Virus record (IMG/VR): IMGVR_UViG_3300045988_007515
Span: 1 to 39,688 of that record
DNA length: 39,688 nt
Source of the DNA: a virus
Direction: 5' to 3' (one strand)
The first letter of the stretch is position 1. Every line of letters starts with the position of its first letter. Below, in pieces: positions 7,157-16,593 of this stretch. The translations under genes and the position numbers were made by a program. The notes under the pieces were generated by a model. It did no database searches. It saw only the letters and a program-made list of their open reading frames with translations, and was not told the origin of the DNA.

Positions 7157-9273
7157 GTGCCCTCCTTGTCCCAGTACACCACAACGCAGCCGGAAGCGCC
7201 CATCGCGCCATCCGCGCCAATGCCAGGATAACTGTAGATTTTCCAATACGAGTGAGATGCACCACTCTCGTCTGTCCACTTAACTTTCTTCCGCCGGCCC
7301 TGCGTGCCGCCTTTGCCACCGGCCCCGCCGTCTCCGGTTCCCGCCCTTGGCTTTGCCACGCCCGTCCGGGCGAAGCTGTCGCCGCTGGCCACGTCCGTGT
7401 AGCCATTTTCATAGCGCTTGCCGTTGGCGGAGGAATACGCCCCGAAGGTTGTGTTTTCGCCAAAGGCCACTGGAAACTCCTGCCCATCGTTAATATTGAT
7501 GGTCCCCGTCCAAACCAGACCGCCTAAACCGTCTGTACCGTCATTGCCTGCGTATTCCCACGTGCCGTCAGTTCCTCCCGTGCCGTTGCCGCCCTTGCCC
7601 ACAAGAATGACCCGCAGAGACTTCTTGCCCGCCGGGGCCTTCCACGTGCCGGGTGTGGTGATAACCTCCCGGCCCTGATACAAAAAGCTGCCGTCTGCCT
7701 GTAGCAGCTGGCTCTGGCACCCCTGCATGACGCCGCCCGAAAATTGGAACGTCTGCATGGTCAGCCGCGCCGTGGTGGCCTGACTTTCGTCCAGCCACAC
7801 CGTCTCCACGTCACCGATCTCAGAGGATGGATCGCCCCGGCCCGTCAGATCCAGCACGTTGCCGCCGTAGGTGGAGAGGATCAGCCGCGCCGCCGCCAGC
7901 GCCTGCGCCTCCGTCTTGATGAACGGATTGTCAATGCTCACCGTCTCGCTGGACGATGTGGCGTTTCCGGACACGATGTATTTTGTGCCCGTCCCATCGT
8001 TGAGGGTGAAGATCAGCGCCGCCACGTCCCCGTTGGCTTTCATGGTGGGGTAGCTGTTGAGGTTGTCCAGCGTCACCCGGTTTCCCTCGCTCCACAGCGG
8101 CTCGGCGGTCAGGTCTCCGGTGGAGGCATCCGCCCGGGGCCATGTCCCCGTGGCCTGACACACCCAACGGAGGATATCGCCGCACGATTTCCCTTGCAGA
8201 TCGTCCGCCGCCCGCACCGTCACCGGCAGTGCCGTGTAATTGGGATCCACGTGCCACCGGTCCTGGAAGTTGACGCCCAACTGCGCCGCCAGAGCGCCGA
8301 TCCACCCCCCAAGCGTAGTGGGTAGTGTGGAGGGTGCCAAAAATTCCCGGTTTGCCAGCAGGCCGATAATGTCCACCAGATTCCACTGCATCGTCAGGCC
8401 GTTGTCGCCAGTTTTCCAGCCGCCGGAGTACTGGTAGAAGATCCCCAGCCGCTTGTACTCGTCCGTGCCGTCCGCCAGCCGAACGCCCAACGATACGTCG
8501 ATGCCCTGCCGCTCCTCAATGGATTGAAACAGCCCGTTTTTGCTTCGCGGTTCAAACCGCCGGGACAGGTTGTCGATCTTGAGGGTGCACGTGCCATACG
8601 GCAGCGCCGTGGCTGCGATGTTGCCCTGCTGCTTCACGTTAAACTCCGCGATCATTCCGCCGTCCCAGCCCTCGTACACGCCGGGGACGATCTCCACCAC
8701 CCGCATCCGCCGCCCGGGCCGTGACCACTTGGTCACCGTTACCCGGATAGCGTCAGGGTTGTTGACCGTGAAGCCCTCCAGAGCCACGCTGGCCGCTGTG
8801 TTCCCGGTGTACGTCCGCGTGTGGTACGCCGTGCCGCCCTGTTTGACCTCCACCGTGAAATCCTCCGGAAGCCCGTCGTAGTCATTGTCCGGAAAATACA
8901 CGGAGCACGCCTGCAAGACAGACACGCCGGAGAATTGCAGTTCCACCCACGGCGGCGTGGAAAACGTCCCGTCCGTGCTGGAAAGAACGTTGCCAATGTA
9001 GCCCATCTGGCCCACCGCCTGAGTGGGATCGTCCGGGAGAAGGTCCCACGTCCCGTCCAGCGCCCACCGGTCACGCTCTAACGTAGCGTACTTGGCGGGA
9101 TTTCCAAAAACCTTATCGTGGAGCTGCTCCGGCTTGCTCCACGGAATCTGCCCGGAAGTCTCCCCGGCACCAAACACGATGTCCGGGGAAATGATGTCAA
9201 TGACCGCCCGCAGCAGCACCCGCCGTGCGTCGCCTGTGATCGCCGCATGATACGCCTGCCCGCTTTTAATCAT
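7153..9273 (-). CDS. tail-associated (Tal-like) baseplate protein with Gly-rich C-terminal domain
   Basis: 706 aa directly after the Dit-position gene; C-terminus GKGGNGTGGTDGT...GTGDGGAGGKGGTQG. Confidence 0.6.
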   Translation of the reverse strand: MIKSGQAYHAAITGDARRVLLRAVIDIISPDIVFGAGETSGQIPWSKPEQLHDKVFGNPAKYATLERDRWALDGTWDLLPDDPTQAVGQMGYIGNVLSSTDGTFSTPPWVELQFSGVSVLQACSVYFPDNDYDGLPEDFTVEVKQGGTAYHTRTYTGNTAASVALEGFTVNNPDAIRVTVTKWSRPGRRMRVVEIVPGVYEGWDGGMIAEFNVKQQGNIAATALPYGTCTLKIDNLSRRFEPRSKNGLFQSIEERQGIDVSLGVRLADGTDEYKRLGIFYQYSGGWKTGDNGLTMQWNLVDIIGLLANREFLAPSTLPTTLGGWIGALAAQLGVNFQDRWHVDPNYTALPVTVRAADDLQGKSCGDILRWVCQATGTWPRADASTGDLTAEPLWSEGNRVTLDNLNSYPTMKANGDVAALIFTLNDGTGTKYIVSGNATSSSETVSIDNPFIKTEAQALAAARLILSTYGGNVLDLTGRGDPSSEIGDVETVWLDESQATTARLTMQTFQFSGGVMQGCQSQLLQADGSFLYQGREVITTPGTWKAPAGKKSLRVILVGKGGNGTGGTDGTWEYAGNDGTDGLGGLVWTGTININDGQEFPVAFGENTTFGAYSSANGKRYENGYTDVASGDSFARTGVAKPRAGTGDGGAGGKGGTQGRRKKVKWTDESGASHSYWKIYSYPGIGADGAMGASGCVVVYWDKEGT

Positions 9274-9685
9274 GCGGCGTCACCTCCCGCAATTCCACGG
9301 TAAAGTCTGCCCACAACGGGGTCTCTTTGGTCTCCTCTCCATGTCCGCTTCGCCGCGACCACATAAACTTAGGCCGGGTAAAAGACGTTACGATAAAGCT
9401 GGAGTATTGCAGCGCGCCATCGGATTCCTGTGGCAAAAAACCGCAGATAATCGGTTCCCGTGTTCCCTTCTCACAGGCCGCGATCACCTTGTTTTTCATT
9501 TCCGCATCAAAATATCCGTATTGATAGGATACCTGCCACACATTCCCTCGCAGTTCCCGTGCCGTTCGCCCAGAGATCATCTGTACGTCAACCGACAGAG
9601 GGATATTTTGCACATTGTATCTGCCATCCCGGCTCTCCGGCAGCACCACCGCCATGCCGTTGGCGTCTAAAATCAATTCCGTCAT
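9266..9685 (-). CDS. distal-tail-position protein (small)
   Basis: 139 aa between the tape measure and Tal; call rests on position only. Confidence 0.4.
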   Translation of the reverse strand: MTELILDANGMAVVLPESRDGRYNVQNIPLSVDVQMISGRTARELRGNVWQVSYQYGYFDAEMKNKVIAACEKGTREPIICGFLPQESDGALQYSSFIVTSFTRPKFMWSRRSGHGEETKETPLWADFTVELREVTPHD

Positions 9686-9693
9686 GTTTCACC

Positions 9694-11229
9694 TCATGCA
9701 ATGGGGTTCAGAATTGGCGTACCGTTTGCCTGCGCATAGCCGGTCAGCGGGTCAAACACATAGGATGCAAATTTGGTCATGTCAGGGAACATCAGATTAA
9801 ACGTAAATGATCCGCCGGATTGCTTCCCTTCGCACAGCCCATTTACAATGGCCGCGCTGGAAATGCCGATGCCGGAATCCGCAAAGCCTACCGACGCCGT
9901 GCCGAAGTCCAGCCCGGAGGTAATGCCACGCCTGATATTGCCGTATTCGTCATTCCACCCCTCGCCGAGGCCCAACGCCATGTTCTCGCCGATCCCGGCG
10001 AACACGCGGGACGGGGAATGAATACCAAGAACGCCCTTCACTCCATCCACAATTCCGCCGAAAAACCCGGTTACCTTCTCCTTGATCCAGCTTCCCATCG
10101 CCTTGATTCCCTCCCAAACGCCTCGCACGATATCTTTTCCGATTTCGATAATGTCTGGGATAGAATCAACCAACGTGTCAATGATCGTTGCCACCATATC
10201 CAAAACGCCCGTCACAAGCTGTGGGAAGTTTTGTGCCAACCCCTTTACCAGTGCAATAACCATCTGTATGCCCAGATTGATTATGTCCGGCAGTTTCTCT
10301 ACCGCGTAAGAAACAAACCTTTCAATCATTTCTGGCCCTTTTCCCTGCACAATCGTTCCAATGTTTTCAAGCACCCGCTCTATGACCGGCAAAATGTTTT
10401 CCGCCACGGTCACAGCGCTATCAATTAGATTGGTCGCCAGTTCTGCAATGTCCGCATTTTCGTCGCCAAGCCCTGTTACAAAGTTTTCATACGCAGCCTT
10501 CATCGACGAAATAGACCCCTGAATTGTTGTCGCGGCTTCTAACTGCGTTGTGCCCGTGATTCCCATTTCCGTCTGGACTGTGTGAATGGCATCCACGATG
10601 TCCGCATAGCTGTCAATGGTGTAATTGGTGTAGTTTCCCTGTGCGGCATTTAAGGCGTTAGCATCGTCGATCAGCCGCTGCATTTCCTCCTTGGTGCCGC
10701 CGTATCCGAGCTTCAGGTTATCCAGCATGGTATAGTTTTGCTTGGCGAACCCCTGATAGGCGTTCTGGATGGACTGCATGTCCGTGCCCATCTTATTTGC
10801 GTTGTCCGACATGTCGGTAATGGACAGATTCGCCTTTTCAGCCGCTGCATCCGTGTCGCCGCCCATCGATTGCAGCAGAGACGCAGAAAATGCCGTCACC
10901 GTAGTCATGTACTCGTTTGCGCTCATGCCAGCCGTCTGGTATGCGTTCGCGGCGTACTGCATCACGGTATCGGCAGAAGACTTAAAAAGCGTTTCCACGC
11001 CGCCGACCAGCTGCTCATATTCGCCGTAATTTTCTACGGCCTGCTTTGTAATGGCGACCGCAGCCGCGCCAGCCGCTACAATCGCGGCGCCGCCAACCTT
11101 TGCCGCCGTTGCAAGCCCGCCTTTCAGTTTGCTTGCCAACGCATCCGCTTTTTCTCCTGTTTCAGAAAATCCGCTGTCAACATCGCTGTCATCGACGCTG
11201 ATTTTCACAAATAGGTCTAATAAATTCAC
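9694..11229 (-). CDS. tail tape measure protein
   Basis: 511 aa, Ala/Gly-rich helical; NAYQGFAKQNYTMLDNLKLGYGGTKEEMQRLI core typical of tape measure proteins; lies after the G/GT chaperones. Confidence 0.8.
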   Translation of the reverse strand: MNLLDLFVKISVDDSDVDSGFSETGEKADALASKLKGGLATAAKVGGAAIVAAGAAAVAITKQAVENYGEYEQLVGGVETLFKSSADTVMQYAANAYQTAGMSANEYMTTVTAFSASLLQSMGGDTDAAAEKANLSITDMSDNANKMGTDMQSIQNAYQGFAKQNYTMLDNLKLGYGGTKEEMQRLIDDANALNAAQGNYTNYTIDSYADIVDAIHTVQTEMGITGTTQLEAATTIQGSISSMKAAYENFVTGLGDENADIAELATNLIDSAVTVAENILPVIERVLENIGTIVQGKGPEMIERFVSYAVEKLPDIINLGIQMVIALVKGLAQNFPQLVTGVLDMVATIIDTLVDSIPDIIEIGKDIVRGVWEGIKAMGSWIKEKVTGFFGGIVDGVKGVLGIHSPSRVFAGIGENMALGLGEGWNDEYGNIRRGITSGLDFGTASVGFADSGIGISSAAIVNGLCEGKQSGGSFTFNLMFPDMTKFASYVFDPLTGYAQANGTPILNPIA

Positions 11230-11270
11230 GCTTTCACCACACTTTCTTGGTGATTTTTAAGAAATCGCCC

Positions 11271-11299
11271 GTGACATTTTGATAAATAAGGCGTATACT
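11271..11299 (+). promoter_or_regulatory. promoter of the PH-domain moron
   Basis: GTGACA - 17 nt - TATACT, 22 nt upstream of the ATG (about 6 nt upstream of its GAAGGAGGG SD). Confidence 0.55.
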
Positions 11300-11321
11300 T
11301 TCATCGAAGGAGGGTTTTGCC

Positions 11322-11705
11322 ATGATTAACTTTAACAACAATTCCGCATGGGACTTAAAGCCCATCAATGTCTCCGAGGTACGCGATGAGGTCAACGGTC
11401 TTCTGATTGAGGGCGAGAGCGTCGCCTGCGCTTTCAAAACGGTTCGCGACCAACTAATTTTTACCAACAAGCGCATCATTTCCGTAGACGTTCAGGGCAT
11501 CACCGGAAAACGGAAATCATTCAGTTCTATGCCCTATTCTAAGGTCCAGTTCTTCAGCATCCAGACCCCCGGCTTTGTCGAACTGATCCCAGACAGTGAA
11601 TTGGTCCTGACCTTCTCCGATGGTTTTGTGGCTAAATTTGAATTTAAGGGCCAGACAGACATTGGTGAGATCGGCAGAATGATTTCTGATTACGTCCTAA
11701 AATAA
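11322..11705 (+). CDS. bacterial PH-domain protein (YokE/DUF1696-like)
   Basis: 127 aa; LLIEGESVACAFKTVRDQLIFTNKRIISVDVQGITGKRKSFSSMPYSKV matches the bPH pattern; opposite strand inside the tail module. Confidence 0.6.
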   Translation: MINFNNNSAWDLKPINVSEVRDEVNGLLIEGESVACAFKTVRDQLIFTNKRIISVDVQGITGKRKSFSSMPYSKVQFFSIQTPGFVELIPDSELVLTFSDGFVAKFEFKGQTDIGEIGRMISDYVLK

Positions 11706-11980
11706 TCTCCTTCGCAAGCCTCCCCATCTTGGGAGGCTTTTTTTATTGTCAGCCCGCACCGCGCGACCACATCGGCGGTGATCTCTTCACATGTCCTATT
11801 GTCCGGCTTCTTCGGCTCAATCATGTCGGAGTACCTTGCCTTGATGTAGCTCCCGCCTGCGTATCGCGCCGTGTTTTCCGCAACAAACCGCAGCGCGTCC
11901 GTCACATAAATGCGGTACGCCTCTGCCCTTGCCCGTTCAACAAAACGCGCCGCGCAGTACCCCGCAAACGCCTTTACACT
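11690..11980 (-). CDS. -1 frame extension of the tail assembly chaperone (gpT-like part of a G-T fusion)
   Basis: The -1 frame relative to 11974..12369 is open from about 12055 to 11690; an A5 run (GGGGCAAAAAG) lies just before the G stop. Confidence 0.5.
   Translation of the reverse strand, partial: SVKAFAGYCAARFVERARAEAYRIYVTDALRFVAENTARYAGGSYIKARYSDMIEPKKPDNRTCEEITADVVARCGLTIKKASQDGEACEGDYFRT
11716..11746 (+). terminator. rho-independent terminator of the PH-domain moron
   Basis: AAGCCTCCC-catctt-GGGAGGCTT followed by a T run. Confidence 0.8.
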
Positions 11981-12369
11981 TTTTGCCCCTCGGTATTCTC
12001 CCGCGCAGAGCCAGATGAGTTCTCGCTCTGCGCCGAGATAAAAAGTGCGGTAAACGCATCATCGGTCAGCAGCTCCGCCGTGTCCCGCGTCAGTTTCACA
12101 AGGTTCAGCGTGCCCTTGTAAGCGTCCGCGCTCACGCCCTCAATAGCCGCAAGGATGGCGATAATATCGCCCTTGTGCCCCTTGAGCAGCGCAGGGAGCG
12201 CCTTCCGCGCCCTCTGCGTCACAAACTGTTTCGCCGTCATGCCCTCCGGCAGCTTTTCCCGCCGGAACATGGCGGAAGCCTTCTCGTCCTCTGCGATGTT
12301 GGCAATGGGGTCAATGATGTCTGCGATAACATCAAACACCCGCTCGCCGTGAATATCGGAAAGTTTCAT
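11974..12369 (-). CDS. tail assembly chaperone (gpG-like)
   Basis: Start MKLSDIHG at 12369 adjoins the major-tail stop; 131 aa; lies between the major tail and tape measure genes. Confidence 0.65.
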   Translation of the reverse strand: MKLSDIHGERVFDVIADIIDPIANIAEDEKASAMFRREKLPEGMTAKQFVTQRARKALPALLKGHKGDIIAILAAIEGVSADAYKGTLNLVKLTRDTAELLTDDAFTALFISAQSENSSGSARENTEGQKV

Positions 12370-12370
12370 A

Positions 12371-12955
12371 TCAGCCCTCCGCCGTACCGGCCTTAATATA
12401 GATCTCAAAGGGGACCGTGTTCTGTGCTGCCATGGAGTAGTGGGCGGTATACTCAAATGCAAACTGGCCCTTTGCCTTGTCGCTGGTCTTCAGCTGGAAG
12501 CCGCCGGTAGACAGTGCGTTCATCATGTGGATGGCGATGAAGCCGCCGTTTTTCTCGCCGTTCTTGTCGGAATAGTCGCCCACCAGCCAGATGTTGGCAA
12601 AGTCAGCGTCCGACAGATCGTTCCGAGGCGTGACTTTCCCATCGCTGGTTCCCACGTCGGCAGCACCGCAAAGGCTCTTTGCAATCTTGGTGTCTGCGTT
12701 GACGAACGTGCCCGTCATTTTCGCTTCCCAGGAATCCAGCCGTTTCAGCTCCTTCATGTTCTTGGGGCAGTTGTCAATGTCCTCGCCAAAGTCCGAATAG
12801 GTCGGCGTTGCGGTAAAATTCACGCCGCCGGTAGTCGCGCCGATCTGTCCCGCCTCTCCGATGGTTCCGGTGGCCGGGGTAAAATCGGTGGTCAGAATAC
12901 CGGCGTTGATCTGCAATTTCTGAAATGCGTCGGAAGGAATTTTTGTGAATTTCAT
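12371..12955 (-). CDS. major tail protein
   Basis: 194 aa; position; MKFTKIPSDAFQKLQINAGIL...GGVNFTATPTYSDFGEDID typical of siphovirus major tail proteins. Confidence 0.75.
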   Translation of the reverse strand: MKFTKIPSDAFQKLQINAGILTTDFTPATGTIGEAGQIGATTGGVNFTATPTYSDFGEDIDNCPKNMKELKRLDSWEAKMTGTFVNADTKIAKSLCGAADVGTSDGKVTPRNDLSDADFANIWLVGDYSDKNGEKNGGFIAIHMMNALSTGGFQLKTSDKAKGQFAFEYTAHYSMAAQNTVPFEIYIKAGTAEG

Positions 12956-12970
12956 AGTTTCGTCCTTTCA

Positions 12971-13339
12971 TCAGTTTTGCGACAGATATTCCACCGTGAT
13001 GTTGAGATACCGCCGCTTGATGTTCTTATCGCTCTCGTCCACGATGTTCTGACACCACGGGGAGCCGCGCTTAATCCACATCGCGCCTCCGTCATAGGGC
13101 ACGAACGCGCCGCCCATGCCGATGGCGTCAGAGATTTCCTGTGCCTTGGCGTTGGGAATTGCCTCGCTTTCCGTGTAATACCAGAGGTTAACCGTCAGCG
13201 CGATTTCGCCGCTCTCCCATGACCCGGTGATAAGCTCATAGGTCAGCCACGGAAACACTGCGTCCTCCGGCACATTGGATGTTGGGTATGCCGGGAGAAA
13301 TTGAGAAAACCACGCATGGAGCGCCTTATCCTTCGTCAT
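12971..13339 (-). CDS. tail terminator / tail completion protein (by position)
   Basis: 122 aa directly upstream of the major tail gene. Confidence 0.45.
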   Translation of the reverse strand: MTKDKALHAWFSQFLPAYPTSNVPEDAVFPWLTYELITGSWESGEIALTVNLWYYTESEAIPNAKAQEISDAIGMGGAFVPYDGGAMWIKRGSPWCQNIVDESDKNIKRRYLNITVEYLSQN

Positions 13340-13695
13340 TTCGGCAGCTCCTTTCGCTCCGCTGTGAAAAATTTCAGTGCCTTAATGATTGCACCTGCAG
13401 ACCTCGGCGCGGCCTTTTCCTCCGGGTTTGAGGTCACGCGGTAGGTGTTGCCGGTGGACGTGTCGCGAAAATAGTCGTTATACTCGATGGGGACGGTCTT
13501 GTTGACCAGTGCGGAATACACCGAGGTCACACCCTCCTTTTCCGCCCTGCGGGCCTCCATCGAGGTGTCAAGCGCCTGATAGTTGAGAAATTCCGCGCCC
13601 TCGGCCCACGCAACGATGTAGCCGCCTGCACCATCCGGCGTTCGCGTCTTTTCCATCAGCACGCATTTGCTTGCGAAATCGTCCAGTAAACTCAT
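13336..13695 (-). CDS. head closure / head-tail adaptor protein
   Basis: 119 aa; position; 4-nt overlaps on both sides. Confidence 0.5.
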   Translation of the reverse strand: MSLLDDFASKCVLMEKTRTPDGAGGYIVAWAEGAEFLNYQALDTSMEARRAEKEGVTSVYSALVNKTVPIEYNDYFRDTSTGNTYRVTSNPEEKAAPRSAGAIIKALKFFTAERKELPK

Positions 13696-14141
13696 GGTTC
13701 CACCCCCTTGAGCTTGCGCCAGTCATTTAACCGGCCTTTAAAAGCGCCCTGCCAGCCCGTCCCAGCGCTCGTGTCGGCATTTCCGCCGCTCGCCTTGGTG
13801 TAACTGTACCCGCCAAAGCTTTCGCTCGTGTACGGGCTTAAAACGGCTTCACCGTTCTTTTCTTCCCACGCGGCGATATCTTCGGCAAGCACAACCACAG
13901 CCTTTGGCACAGCCAACACCCACACCGTCCCGATAAAGGTTTCATCCGTCAGGTCAGCCGCCGGATACTGGTGCAGGCCATCGTTGAACATGGAGCCGCA
14001 GATGCGGAAATATTGATTGGTTTGGAGAAAGGGCAGCGCAATGCTGCCATTCTCCACGGTGAACGTGCCCTCGTGAGTGTCCACAAGGAACCAGTTGTTC
14101 AAGTGCCGTAAGACCTGTTCAAGCATTACGCTGCCCCCCAT
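13692..14141 (-). CDS. head-tail connector protein (by position)
   Basis: 149 aa directly after the capsid gene. Confidence 0.4.
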   Translation of the reverse strand: MGGSVMLEQVLRHLNNWFLVDTHEGTFTVENGSIALPFLQTNQYFRICGSMFNDGLHQYPAADLTDETFIGTVWVLAVPKAVVVLAEDIAAWEEKNGEAVLSPYTSESFGGYSYTKASGGNADTSAGTGWQGAFKGRLNDWRKLKGVEP

Positions 14142-15044
14142 TTAGCCCGCACCGGCCACCGAAACGGTAGCCACGGCAATTCCGTCCAGATATTCAGCCC
14201 ACAACTTCATGCCCATGATGGCGTACATATCGCCGGTAGCGCGGCTGTAATCGCCGTCGACGTGAACGCCGATCAGGTTGGTCTCGCCCTTCACGGTGTA
14301 GTTCAGGCCCAGCTTGGCAAAGTCGCTGTCGCTGGGGTCCACATAATACAGGTCGATGTTCTCCACGGGCAGAGCGATCACCTTCTTGGAGGCGATGTAC
14401 TTCTCAGGCAGCAGGAACAGAGTGCGGTAGCCCATGAAGTTCTCCACGTAGTTGATGCCGAACATGGTCTGCACGGTGATCTCCTTGTCGCCCAGGTAAT
14501 CGTAAGCGTCGATGATGTTGGCGAAGCCCACCACCTCGGTCACGTCCTTATCCAGACCGGCAAACTTGTCCAGCACCTTGCCCTTAGCCATAGCCAGAGC
14601 ACGCTGCCACGTCTTCTCGGTCACCTTCAAAGTGCCGGTACCGAGGAAGGTATAAAAGTCGGTCAGGACCTTGTTCTGCAGGGCCACGAGGAAAGCCTCG
14701 TCGGTCTTCTCCACGGCAACGTCAGCGCCGTACTTTGCCACGCTCTCGATGGTCACGCTCTTGGCATACTTGGAAATGTCGATGTCGCCGTAGGCAACAG
14801 GCTCCACCTTCATCTTGGTGAAGGGGATCTCGTCACCCTCAGCCACAGCGCCGCCCTTGAGACCGCCGTCCACGCTGGCCTTGTAGGAAACCAGCTTCGT
14901 GCCGGGGGCCTTGCGGATAGGACGCATAATGCCCATGATGTTGCGAAGTGCGTCCCAGTTATCAGCAAAGCGGGACACGAAATCCACCTCACGGGCGGAA
15001 GTGGTAAACTGGGCAGAAGTTGTTACGTTAGTTTTCGCAGCCAT
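14142..15044 (-). CDS. major capsid protein
   Basis: 300 aa following the scaffold gene; size and order are typical. Confidence 0.75.
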   Translation of the reverse strand: MAAKTNVTTSAQFTTSAREVDFVSRFADNWDALRNIMGIMRPIRKAPGTKLVSYKASVDGGLKGGAVAEGDEIPFTKMKVEPVAYGDIDISKYAKSVTIESVAKYGADVAVEKTDEAFLVALQNKVLTDFYTFLGTGTLKVTEKTWQRALAMAKGKVLDKFAGLDKDVTEVVGFANIIDAYDYLGDKEITVQTMFGINYVENFMGYRTLFLLPEKYIASKKVIALPVENIDLYYVDPSDSDFAKLGLNYTVKGETNLIGVHVDGDYSRATGDMYAIMGMKLWAEYLDGIAVATVSVAGAG

Positions 15045-15064
15045 AAATAGCTCCTTTCAAAAAA

Positions 15065-15676
15065 TCAGTTGTTTTCGCTTGCCATCAGATCTGCAAGCGC
15101 TTTCTGGCGCTCCGCCGTAGACATCACATAGCGGCCCTTATCGTCCTTCTTGTAGATGTCCTCGCGGGTCTTTGCGCCGCCGGTGTTTGCCGGGGGGTTG
15201 GCGGGATTCGCCCCGTACGTCTGCGTGGTGGAGACCAGCCCCTTGTAGGTGCCGTCTACGAGCGCATCAAGGCTTTTGGTGTCCTTGATTTTCTCGCCGT
15301 CCAGCTCCAATGCGGCCATTTCCTCGCCGCAGCCGCGCATCGCAAGGTCGAGATTCGCGCCGGTGATGTTTTTGCTCTCAAAGTAAGCACGCACAGCCTT
15401 TTCCTTTGCCGCCTTGCTTTCCTTTGCCGTGACGTCGGATTTGTAAGTTTCAAAGGCCGAGTGTTCCTTCTCGTACTTTTCCTTATAGCCGCCGTCACCT
15501 GCCGCCTTGAGATCGTCCAATTCCTTCTGGACACCGGGCAGCTTCTCCGCGTCGGTCTTGTAGCGGCTCACGTCCTCTTTCAGGCCGTCCACGGTATCGG
15601 TATGTGCCTCGATGATGGTATCCACCTGTTCGTCGGTGAGACCCATGCCCTTCAAAAGTTTGCGTGTAAGTGCCAT
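15065..15676 (-). CDS. scaffolding protein
   Basis: Start MALTRKLLKGMGLTDEQV at 15676; 203 aa, charged and helical; directly upstream of the capsid gene. Confidence 0.7.
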   Translation of the reverse strand: MALTRKLLKGMGLTDEQVDTIIEAHTDTVDGLKEDVSRYKTDAEKLPGVQKELDDLKAAGDGGYKEKYEKEHSAFETYKSDVTAKESKAAKEKAVRAYFESKNITGANLDLAMRGCGEEMAALELDGEKIKDTKSLDALVDGTYKGLVSTTQTYGANPANPPANTGGAKTREDIYKKDDKGRYVMSTAERQKALADLMASENN

Positions 15677-15761
15677 TGTTCTATCTTCCTTTCCCTTGTC
15701 CGCAGTCCGTCGCGGCGATAGATTGTATAAAAACCGCTGTGCTTTGCGGTGTTTACCTGTT

Positions 15762-16127
15762 TTAAATTGCGTTTGCCGTTTCCCACGCCTTGTGGATTTT
15801 TGGGCCTTGCCATGCGAACCAGTCGACAAGCTCTTCATTTTTGCACCATGCTCCTTCGTAAGAAAGCCCGCTATCCGAAAGGCCGCTTTCGTTGAAAAAT
15901 GCGTGTACGATTTCATGCCGTAGTATTTGCTTTTGAGCTTCTTTTGCCGTTTCTACTGGCTCGTTTTCCCACCCCTTATAGGTTGTCATGTCGCAAATTA
16001 CGATTTGCTTCAAAAGGTAATCGCAATATCCGTCAATGCTTCTGCGCTCAAACTCCTCATCGTCGCCGTACTTTTTAACGACAATTTCGTAATCCGTGCC
16101 TAAAATAATGACTTTGCTGTTAGCCAT
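15762..16127 (-). CDS. putative zinc metallopeptidase (HExxH)
   Basis: 121 aa with ILRHEIVHAFFNE; AGGAGGGAG SD; AT-richer than its surroundings. Confidence 0.5.
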   Translation of the reverse strand: MANSKVIILGTDYEIVVKKYGDDEEFERRSIDGYCDYLLKQIVICDMTTYKGWENEPVETAKEAQKQILRHEIVHAFFNESGLSDSGLSYEGAWCKNEELVDWFAWQGPKIHKAWETANAI

Positions 16128-16140
16128 GCGCTCCCTCCTG

Positions 16141-16184
16141 AAAGAAAAAGAGCCAACCCGTAAGCGTTCCTTACAAGTTGGCTC
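16141..16184 (-). terminator. rho-independent terminator inside the morphogenesis region
   Basis: Minus strand GAGCCAAC...GTTGGCTC followed by TTTTTCTTT. Confidence 0.6.
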
Positions 16185-16207
16185 CTATTGCCCGTTCCCA
16201 CGTCCAA

Positions 16208-16354
16208 TTACGCGGAAGTTGAATATTTGATTGTCTTTTTTACCTCTAACACGATATACCCGTCGCCTTTTCGGCGTATTTCAGCATCGTTGCCGCGCTT
16301 GATAATGGCTTCAATGGCCTTGATGGTCTTTTCACTTAACAACAGTTCCTGCAT
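16208..16354 (-). CDS. 48-aa hypothetical protein
   Basis: GGAGCAAGG SD. My translation is MQELLLSEKTIKAIEAIIKRGNDAEIRRKGDGYIVLEVKKTIKYSTSA. Below the ORF-track cutoff. Confidence 0.5.
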   Translation of the reverse strand: MQELLLSEKTIKAIEAIIKRGNDAEIRRKGDGYIVLEVKKTIKYSTSA

Positions 16355-16593
16355 CTGTGCACCTTGCTCCTTTTATCAAGCAACAGCGGGCGGATTTTCT
16401 GGGGATGCGGTATACGCCATTTTGTTTTATTGCCGTATACAGGGCAACTTTTTATTTTTTCAAGCACATCCGCTATCGCATCGAGAATCTTGGGAACGGT
16501 TTGGGTCCAAGCGTCTAACACGATGGCGATTGCATTATGCAATTCTTCTGCGGCCTGTTGAGCCTTAATCATCACTTCGTTAAAGTCATCCAT
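16336..16593 (-). CDS. hypothetical protein
   Basis: 85-aa ORF; helical N-terminus; basic Cys-containing C-terminus (HRCRNCC). Confidence 0.5.
   Translation of the reverse strand: MDDFNEVMIKAQQAAEELHNAIAIVLDAWTQTVPKILDAIADVLEKIKSCPVYGNKTKWRIPHPQKIRPLLLDKRSKVHRCRNCC

Noticed and set aside
12440-15050. Plus-strand ORFs of 260 aa (12440..13222) and 262 aa (14262..15050)
   Set aside because: They lie antisense to the major tail and major capsid genes. They show no SD, have biased composition (His/Val/Leu/Gly runs), and would break the otherwise continuous structural operon.
15677-15916. N-terminal 80-aa extension of the scaffold ORF (track start at 15916)
   Set aside because: The extension is highly basic and overlaps the 3' end of the HExxH gene. 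The internal ATG at 15676 has an SD and gives a typical scaffold N-terminus.
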